From positions 1-64,000 of the IMG/VR virus record IMGVR_UViG_3300028800_000060: a DNA stretch of 64,000 nucleotides; one strand, 5' to 3'. The notes beneath the pieces are model-generated. The model made no database searches and was not told where the DNA came from. It saw nothing but the letters and a program-made list of their open reading frames with translations. Positions 57,110-64,000 of the stretch are shown one piece after another. Position 1 is the stretch's first letter, and each line of letters opens with the position of its first letter. The stretch comes from a virus. Made by a program: the position numbers and the translations under genes.

Positions 57110-58542
57110 TTCTAAAAAACCTTTTTAATAATGAAGATTACACGAGAAAAGTAATTCCTTATCTTAAGGAAGAATATTTCAGTTCTGAAGAAAAAATCAT
57201 ATTCCGTCATTCAAATAAATTTATTTCTGAGTGGAATAAATTACCTACAGTTTCTTCTATCGCAGTTTCTGTTGATGGAGATAAAGGTGTTGGTGAAGAC
57301 ACTTATAAAGAAGTTCTTGAAGTATTAGAAAATTTAGAAACAAATGAACCTGTTGATTCAGAGTGGTTGGTAAAACAGACTGAAGAATTTTGTAAAGAAA
57401 AGGCATTGGCAAATGCTGCATTCGCCGCTGTTGGTATCCTCGAAGGCAATAATAAAAAACTAGACAAAGGTGCCATACCAGGAATATTTGAGGATGCATT
57501 AGCTATTAGTTTTGATCCCCATATAGGACACGATTATATAGAAGATTCGGAATCTCGATATGACAAGTTACATGAATCGGTATATAAAATACCTTTTGGT
57601 GTAGATATTTGTAATAAGGTAACAAAAGGTGGTGTTGCAGCAAAAACATTGAACCTAGTTGCTGGTGGTGTATATGTGGGAAAAACATTGTTCTTGTGTG
57701 ATTTGGCTAAAAATTATATTTGTAATGGAAAAAATGTTCTGTACATCACACTAGAAATTAGTGAAGAAAATATCGGCCTTCGTATTGATTGTAACCTTTT
57801 AGATATATCAATTGATGATGCTGAAGATATACCAAAAGATGTATTCCTAAAACGTGTTGAAAAAGCTCGCGCTAAAGTTCCGGGCAAATTAATAATTCAT
57901 GAATATCCTGCTACAACAGTTCATGTAAATAATTTTAGGGCATTAATACATGAACTTAAATTGAAGTTGGATTTTATACCTGATGTAATTTTAATTGATT
58001 ACATTGGTTTGATGTTATCTTGCCGTGTTAAACCTAGTGAACCATCGCATGTGATTATTAAATCGGCCGCCGAAGAATTGCGGTCATTGGCACAGGAGTT
58101 AGGAATTCCTATTTGGTCTGCGGCGCAATTGAATGCTGAAGGTATGGGGAGTTCATCTCCTGGAATGACAGATACGGCAGGATCAAAAGTTGGATTGATT
58201 GCTACTTGTGATCTTATGTGGATGATTGTTTGTAGCGATGCTTTGCGCGAATTATCGCAATTATTGGTTATACAACACAAAAATAGATATAAAGATGCGG
58301 CCGATCATCCAAAATTTTATGTTGGTATTGATCGAAAGAAATTTAGATGGTATAATGTCGAACAAAAAGGACAAACTGACCCAGAACATGTTGATCCTTT
58401 GGAAGAGGATGCAGAAATTAAGCAAGCGGTTTCAAAAAAGTATGGGATGCAAGCTTATGAAAGTGCATACAAAAACGGCAAAACAGCCCAATTTGGGCCA
58501 AGAAAACCATTAAAGGAACGTTTCAAGGAATTTAAGGTATGA
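57082..58542 (+). CDS. 41: Replicative helicase gp41
   Basis: 'IE..ILKNL..NEDY.RKVIP', GVYVGKT, ITLE, IDY, 'AEELR', 'AAQLN', KNRY. Confidence 0.95.
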   Translation: MPESRIETIILKNLFNNEDYTRKVIPYLKEEYFSSEEKIIFRHSNKFISEWNKLPTVSSIAVSVDGDKGVGEDTYKEVLEVLENLETNEPVDSEWLVKQTEEFCKEKALANAAFAAVGILEGNNKKLDKGAIPGIFEDALAISFDPHIGHDYIEDSESRYDKLHESVYKIPFGVDICNKVTKGGVAAKTLNLVAGGVYVGKTLFLCDLAKNYICNGKNVLYITLEISEENIGLRIDCNLLDISIDDAEDIPKDVFLKRVEKARAKVPGKLIIHEYPATTVHVNNFRALIHELKLKLDFIPDVILIDYIGLMLSCRVKPSEPSHVIIKSAAEELRSLAQELGIPIWSAAQLNAEGMGSSSPGMTDTAGSKVGLIATCDLMWMIVCSDALRELSQLLVIQHKNRYKDAADHPKFYVGIDRKKFRWYNVEQKGQTDPEHVDPLEEDAEIKQAVSKKYGMQAYESAYKNGKTAQFGPRKPLKERFKEFKV

Positions 58543-58554
58543 AAGGATATTTAA

Positions 58555-59532
58555 ATGGCATTTCAACTTACACCACCGGCAATTAAAAGTATGCTTTTGA
58601 GTTTCGGTTATTCAAACGTACAAACTCTTCCATTAGGTGGAAATAAGATTTCGGGATTTTATATCGTTTTAGAATCCAAAAATGTTAGTTGGCGTGCACC
58701 AATTTTTGCCTATTTGAGAGATATAAAAATCTTTGGTGAGCCTAAATTAGGCAATTCAGGCAAAAAAGAGCATACATGGGAAACAGATTTTATCGATATT
58801 GGTGGATATAGGATTACAGCGGGACTGAAAGAACTTAAAAATATAAAAGTTTCTGCGGGTAAATCTAATGAATTAGTTTTATACCATACTATAAAAGAAT
58901 ATTTGGATCAATATAAAATAATTGATATAAAATTTCAGGAAGGTAATAGGAGATTTTTTCTTATTTCTGGTGTTACTGATGTTGCTGATGTTAGTAAGAA
59001 AACTGGGGAACGAAGAAAAAGTGATATAAACCTAACAGGTCAGTTTTCGGGCACCTTCGCACTGTCATTGAAAGAGAAAAAATTTCCTTCTTGGGAAACA
59101 GTAGAAACCTACTGGAAAGACAAACATAATGTTTTGGCTTATGCGATTGCTAATCAAAAAACTAAGGTAGAAACTATTGGTACAGAATTTTCTTTATCCC
59201 AAAGTATAGCTGTAAAATGTAAACCATTTGAAGCCCAGTCTGTTATTTTCGGTTCAGATATTCATGATAAAGGACTAATACTAACACAAACCTGGAAATC
59301 AGGTAATTTTGATTGGGATTATAAAAATAGAACACTGATTATCGAAACTGTTGATATAATACATGCTATGAGCGATGTTAGTAGTTCTATGTGGCCCTAT
59401 TTTCAATTGAGAAATCACAGTGGCCATAAATCAAAATTTCTTCCCGGAGTACATGCTTTAGCAGTTCCTTTTGATAATCTATCGTCAAAGGATGTTATCC
59501 TACCTGAAAGTTCTAGGACATATACAAAATGA
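58555..59532 (+). CDS. Hypothetical protein, possible PD-(D/E)xK-like nuclease
   Basis: 'NE' helix, 'KSDI' and 'SLK' spacing resemble restriction-endonuclease-like folds; weak. Confidence 0.4.
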   Translation: MAFQLTPPAIKSMLLSFGYSNVQTLPLGGNKISGFYIVLESKNVSWRAPIFAYLRDIKIFGEPKLGNSGKKEHTWETDFIDIGGYRITAGLKELKNIKVSAGKSNELVLYHTIKEYLDQYKIIDIKFQEGNRRFFLISGVTDVADVSKKTGERRKSDINLTGQFSGTFALSLKEKKFPSWETVETYWKDKHNVLAYAIANQKTKVETIGTEFSLSQSIAVKCKPFEAQSVIFGSDIHDKGLILTQTWKSGNFDWDYKNRTLIIETVDIIHAMSDVSSSMWPYFQLRNHSGHKSKFLPGVHALAVPFDNLSSKDVILPESSRTYTK

Positions 59533-59933
59533 GACATGATCGATTTATGAATACTGTTTTCCAAATTGCTCAAGAACTTCCTAAAACATCGGACCAGAGA
59601 GTTGCGGCAATTATAGCGTATAAGAATAATACCATTTCTGTTGGATGCAATCAACCCAAGACGCATCCAATGGTTGCGCAGAATAACTGCCATGAATGGT
59701 GTGAATATCTTCATGCCGAAACAAGTGCAATTATAAATGCATTACGGCAAATTAGTTCTAGAAAATTGGCTAAATGTGTTATGTATGTGTGCCGTGCCAA
59801 ATATAATAATGGCTCATATACTTGGGGAATTTCCAAACCGTGTATAGACTGTAGGAAGTTCTTGCAGAATTACCCAGTACATCGGGTATATTATAGTACT
59901 GAAGAAATAGGAGTATATGAGGTCCTTAAATAA
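59529..59933 (+). CDS. Cytidine/dCMP deaminase-family Zn protein
   Basis: HAE...KPCIDC. Confidence 0.85.
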   Translation: MRHDRFMNTVFQIAQELPKTSDQRVAAIIAYKNNTISVGCNQPKTHPMVAQNNCHEWCEYLHAETSAIINALRQISSRKLAKCVMYVCRAKYNNGSYTWGISKPCIDCRKFLQNYPVHRVYYSTEEIGVYEVLK

Positions 59934-60621
59934 AAAGAAGAAAGTGGTGCGTGGCTCGGAATTGGCCGGATACGGGTATCGCACAAAACAATGTGGTGCT
60001 GCTCTTTTAAAGATGACTGAAAAGAGGATGCAACTGAAGTGGAAATTAGATATAGTTTGTGCTGAATATGACCGCTATATCAAGACACAAGAATTAGATG
60101 CAAGTTTACTTGGAAATCCATTTAACTATAATCGTTTGAATGAGGACGAACAAGCGTTTGTCTGGGGTTTAACATTGAATGGTGTGGGTGGTGGAGACGA
60201 TAGTAAAGAAGGATACGAATTTAAAGCCGCCGAATATACGGGAATAAATAAGCGAACAAAGAAATTGAACGCACATTCAATGTCTTTTAATGGTAAGCCG
60301 GTATTCGATACTAAACGTAAAACACTGGATTATCTTGCCGATTATTTGTCTCATATTAAAGGTATCAAAATTGCAATAAGAACACCTATTGGCAAATATC
60401 TGCATTTTGAAAGTAAAATGAATGCCGCGACTAGACAGATCCTCTTGGCACATGGAGAAGAAAAGTATGAAGCATTACAAGAGGGTAGGAAAGATCCGCG
60501 CATGAATACCAAAATTACAACTTCCGAATTGCTAGCAATAAATAATCTTAAACTTTTAAAGGGAACAAATGAAGCTTTTGCAAGGCGATTTCTCGGAGAT
60601 ACCTATAACGAGGTTGTGTGA
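59917..60621 (+). CDS. Hypothetical protein, possible restriction-endonuclease-like
   Basis: 'GGDD...YEFK' PD-(D/E)xK-like; overlaps the MTase start. Confidence 0.4.
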   Translation: MRSLNKKKKVVRGSELAGYGYRTKQCGAALLKMTEKRMQLKWKLDIVCAEYDRYIKTQELDASLLGNPFNYNRLNEDEQAFVWGLTLNGVGGGDDSKEGYEFKAAEYTGINKRTKKLNAHSMSFNGKPVFDTKRKTLDYLADYLSHIKGIKIAIRTPIGKYLHFESKMNAATRQILLAHGEEKYEALQEGRKDPRMNTKITTSELLAINNLKLLKGTNEAFARRFLGDTYNEVV

Positions 60622-61297
60622 TTTAATTTGTTGTGATCCGCCATATAATATTTCTAGAGAACTTCATTGTTTGGATTGGGAAGGAAATACAATTCCGACA
60701 ATGAAGTTCGATAAAGATGATGATTGGGATTCAAAAACGCGCGAAGAATACATCTCGCTATTAAATCAATGGACATGTATTTTTGGTAAAGTTTTAAGGC
60801 CGGGTGGCCAATTTCTTTCATTTTGTGCTGATAGATATATTTCCCATTATTGGGAAGCATTAGAAAAAAATGGTATCATACCAAAACGAATATTTACGTG
60901 GGTAAAACCTAATGCTGTTCCATTTAATAGGAAATTTACTTTTTTGAGTAGTTGTGAATATGCACTCTGGGGAAATAAACCAGGTAAAAACAAAACATTT
61001 AATTATCAAAAAGAAAACCAACACAACTACAAAATATTGTCTGTAGTTCCCGGTAATAGATTACATCCAAATCAAAAACCTCTTGAGATCATAAAGTATT
61101 TTATTGAAACTTTATCCAATTCCGGTGATGTTGTTTTAGATCCTTTTATGGGTTCCGGAACAACAGGTGTGGCTTGTGTAGAAACGGGCCGAGATTTTAT
61201 CGGTATAGAAAAAGATGAGAAGTATTTCCAAATAGCTAAAAATCGGATAGAATCGACCGAACCAGAAACAGATTTTATTGATCGTTTTATGAAATAA
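60569..61297 (+). CDS. DNA amino-methyltransferase (beta class, N6A/N4C)
   Basis: DPPY, HPNQKP, DPFMGSGTT. Confidence 0.93.
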   Translation: MKLLQGDFSEIPITRLCDLICCDPPYNISRELHCLDWEGNTIPTMKFDKDDDWDSKTREEYISLLNQWTCIFGKVLRPGGQFLSFCADRYISHYWEALEKNGIIPKRIFTWVKPNAVPFNRKFTFLSSCEYALWGNKPGKNKTFNYQKENQHNYKILSVVPGNRLHPNQKPLEIIKYFIETLSNSGDVVLDPFMGSGTTGVACVETGRDFIGIEKDEKYFQIAKNRIESTEPETDFIDRFMK

Positions 61298-61336
61298 AGT
61301 TGTTTCCCTATTTGTTGTGTGTTAAACTATGATTGT

Positions 61337-62446
61337 ATGAAGAACACACATTTGCCCCATGTCGAAGATATGTTATTTATAACTGGAAGTCCGATTATAC
61401 CGGTCACATATCTTGAATCGATGTACCATTTTCTAGTTGGAAGACCCGAAATATTGACAACGGTAACCATTAAATATGACGGGTCTCCTGCTTTTGTTTT
61501 TGGAAAAGATCCTGAGAATGGTAAGTTTTTCTTGGGTACAAAAAGTGTCTTTAGTGGAAAAGTAAATTATTGTATCGGAGATATTATCCGGAATCATAAA
61601 AATCCTGCATTACAGATTAAACTCGAGGATCTTTTTGATGCATTAAAAGATATCGAATGGGATGGAGTATATCAAGGTGATTTACTTTGGACCGAAAACT
61701 CTAAGACGTATACAGATACCCAGTTTTCTTTTTGTCCCAATACACTGAGATACATTTTTCCAAAAAGTATTGACTCTGAAGTTGGAGCAGTAATCCATAC
61801 AAAATACTTAGGTGACACTTTCAAAACGATGAGGGCTGTCTTTGATTTTGATTTCCCAGTATATCAGACAACAAAGTACTTTTTATTTTCTCCCGAATAT
61901 GTTCCATGCCTTGATGGAATTTCGGAACAAGAAAATAGTTATTTGCGGTTTAAATTGAATTTCTTATATGAAATTTGTAAAGATTATGATCGCGAACGTT
62001 TTGCGGTAATTATGGCAATCAGAAACCCAAAATTTTTGGAAATATTCCAAAAGTATGTAAATCTGTCTGTGAAAACCGCGCACACAATTACTGCGGAGGG
62101 TTTTGTTGAATATTTGAGAAAAGAATTTTTAAAGCATGCTGATTCTCTGAAGTCCCAAAAGGGAAAAGAAAACGCCATTTCGGAATTGAATGCTTTTCAA
62201 GCTTCATTCGATTACAATGAACTTATTAGGGTTATAGAATTTTATAACTTAGTTACCGAGTTGAAAGTTGAAATGATTCGGAAACTTGACACTCATTCAA
62301 ATTATCTGATCTATTTACCTACAAATGTACCTTGTGGTCATGAAGGATATGTTATGAATAAATTTGACGTTCCCGTGAAGTTTGTGGATCGCAATACATT
62401 TTCGGCTGCTAATTTTAATAATGAAAAGGCGTGGTTGTTAAAATGA
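61337..62446 (+). CDS. Conserved T4-like protein with ligase-like motifs (DUF6267-like)
   Basis: 'NTHLPHVED', 'KYDGSPA', 'QGDL', 'PNT..Y', 'HEGYV', 'KFVDR..FS.ANF'. Confidence 0.7.
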   Translation: MKNTHLPHVEDMLFITGSPIIPVTYLESMYHFLVGRPEILTTVTIKYDGSPAFVFGKDPENGKFFLGTKSVFSGKVNYCIGDIIRNHKNPALQIKLEDLFDALKDIEWDGVYQGDLLWTENSKTYTDTQFSFCPNTLRYIFPKSIDSEVGAVIHTKYLGDTFKTMRAVFDFDFPVYQTTKYFLFSPEYVPCLDGISEQENSYLRFKLNFLYEICKDYDRERFAVIMAIRNPKFLEIFQKYVNLSVKTAHTITAEGFVEYLRKEFLKHADSLKSQKGKENAISELNAFQASFDYNELIRVIEFYNLVTELKVEMIRKLDTHSNYLIYLPTNVPCGHEGYVMNKFDVPVKFVDRNTFSAANFNNEKAWLLK

Positions 62447-63051
62447 CACAATTACCAGGAAATGAACATGCGTTGATGGTATTTGGTAGATTTCAACCAG
62501 TGACACTTGGTCACGATGCATTATTTCAAAAGGTGTGGAATCTATTCTATGCGCGTCCATACCGAAATGATTTTATCTTTATTTCTCCTACGGTCGACCA
62601 CAAAAAGAATCCTCTATCTCTCAAAGATCGGTATAACGTTCTCACTAAGTTATATCCGTATCACAATATAATTGCTGATCCTGAAATTAAAAATCCTTTT
62701 CAGGCAGTTGTTTGGTTAGGAAAACAAGGATATACCAAAATCGATATTCTCTCGGGACCAGACCGTGTAGACAAGTATGCATCGTTTTGCCAATACATTA
62801 ATCATCCTGATCCAGAAAAATGTATTACTAATGTTCAGGAAATAAATATCATTTCTTTTGGAGTGCGTGATCCTGATTCAGATGATAACATTCAAAAAAT
62901 CAGTGGTACCGCTGCGCGACAAGCTGTTAAGGATAATGATTTTATTAGATTTTCTAGTATGTTGCCCCATTGTTCCTTAGAAGACCAAATCCAGATATAT
63001 ATTAGTATACGAAAAGGATTAGGTCTAAATGAAACTTGCAAGAGACATTAA
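62443..63051 (+). CDS. Cytidyltransferase-like (HxGH) protein
   Basis: 'FGRFQPVTLGH', 'KNPL', 'GPDR', 'RDPD', 'SGTAAR'. Confidence 0.85.
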   Translation: MTQLPGNEHALMVFGRFQPVTLGHDALFQKVWNLFYARPYRNDFIFISPTVDHKKNPLSLKDRYNVLTKLYPYHNIIADPEIKNPFQAVVWLGKQGYTKIDILSGPDRVDKYASFCQYINHPDPEKCITNVQEINIISFGVRDPDSDDNIQKISGTAARQAVKDNDFIRFSSMLPHCSLEDQIQIYISIRKGLGLNETCKRH

Positions 63052-64000
63052 TTTCGGCGATAGAACAGCCAATGAGGATTGGACACAAAAAGTATCCTCT
63101 ATGGTAGAGAACACACATACTGCTCCATCATATTCATTTGCGGCATATTGTGAAGCTATAGAATCTGGAAAAAGAAAAAAGTATTTTGAAGAAGAATTCC
63201 ATCTTTCAGAATGCCGTAATGAAATTTTTGGTCCTGATAATGGTTGTGAATGTTGCTCTGGCACTGGATGGATGCCAGTAACAAAATCGAATATGGATGA
63301 ACCCTTAAGATCATTGTGGGTTCAAGCTGAAGAAGATACTCCCACCGAAGATGGTTTCCATCTAGTTCCCTGCCCCAAATGTAATCCTATCCGAGAAGAA
63401 CTTGACGAGCATATCGTTAAAAAGGGTTCTCAATTTGAACTTAAATCCAAAAAATCTGGTAAAAATTTAGGTACATACCATAGTAAATCTGGCGCTTTAA
63501 AGCGAGAACGCCAGGTTGAATATTTTAAACACCTTCACGAACATGAAGCTATAGGCCAATGGGCACCTGATAAAGTTCCAGATACTCGTCCTCTTCCTTG
63601 GAGATTACACGAAGATCATCCTCTTCCAGGACATCCACCCGATACTGGTTTTTCTGATTATGTAAAACCCGGCCATGAGAAACCTGCTGTGAGTGAAGAT
63701 ATGCAACCTAGCCAATATAATAAGACTCAGAGCCAAGCAAAAAAGGATCAAAAGAAAGCAGGAGAAACCAAAAAAGATCCTAATGCACCTAAGAAAGATC
63801 CGAATGAAACTGAGGAAGATCGTAAGGAAAAAGGAAAAGAAAAACGAGAAGAAAAAGAACGTTTAAGAAAATCAAAGAAGTTATTACCTTACGAATTTAC
63901 GGACCAGAAAGATGCTGAGAGAACTGCTGGGCACATGGGTATTCACGGCGCACATGCTACAGGAAATGGTATCTATAAACCTGGAACATCGGATTCTTCG
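63029..64000 (+). CDS. Large hypothetical protein, truncated at the window end (modular, internal-head-protein-like)
   Basis: Open frame from ATG 63029 to the end; DnaJ-like CxCxGxG...CPKC; 'EHIVKKGSQFELKSKKSGKNLGTY...RERQVEYFKH' module. Confidence 0.6.
   Translation, partial: MKLARDINFGDRTANEDWTQKVSSMVENTHTAPSYSFAAYCEAIESGKRKKYFEEEFHLSECRNEIFGPDNGCECCSGTGWMPVTKSNMDEPLRSLWVQAEEDTPTEDGFHLVPCPKCNPIREELDEHIVKKGSQFELKSKKSGKNLGTYHSKSGALKRERQVEYFKHLHEHEAIGQWAPDKVPDTRPLPWRLHEDHPLPGHPPDTGFSDYVKPGHEKPAVSEDMQPSQYNKTQSQAKKDQKKAGETKKDPNAPKKDPNETEEDRKEKGKEKREEKERLRKSKKLLPYEFTDQKDAERTAGHMGIHGAHATGNGIYKPGTSDSS

Noticed and set aside
51815-58542. Inteins or group I introns in gp43, uvsX or gp41
   Set aside because: Lengths are normal; the only insertions are short and lack splicing motifs.
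1-64000. Stop-codon reassignment
   Set aside because: Core genes are full length in code 11 and end in TAA, TAG or TGA; no canonical suppressor tRNA (the TAG-anticodon tRNA reads CUA, not amber).
1-64000. Specific host assignment
   Set aside because: Consensus sigma70 promoters and low GC are not discriminating; it would need spacer matches or gene phylogenies.

Overview
A 64-kb, AT-rich segment of a large T4-like (Tevenvirinae/cyanophage-style) myovirus genome, read in the standard code and almost entirely on the + strand. The conserved T4 core is recognisable and in near-canonical order: uvsY, uvsW, gp55, gp47, gp46, vWA/CobS pair, gp45, gp44, gp62, regA, DNA ligase, gp43, uvsX, gp41 and a cytidyltransferase. 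Accessory blocks are interleaved. (1) A late-promoter unit with a Gly-X-Thr collagen-like fibre and a GT2/TPR glycosyltransferase. (2) An ~8-kb biosynthetic island at 12.2-20.3 kb: acyl carrier protein, FkbH, TylF O-methyltransferase, large amino-MTase-fold protein, PLP fold-II enzyme, GNAT, GT10, FkbM and a double GT2. The PLP enzyme ends in the same short motif as the DNA polymerase and gp55, which suggests clamp tethering and a DNA-hypermodification role. (3) An NAD salvage pair (NatV/NadM-Nudix plus NadV). (4) An RNA maintenance region with an RlmN/Cfr-like radical SAM methyltransferase, RNA ligase, nucleotidyltransferase, macro domain, 12 tRNAs and about eight unannotated multi-branch or tRNA-like structured RNAs, most lying next to tRNAs. 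All protein calls come from motif recognition by eye; no database searches were run.
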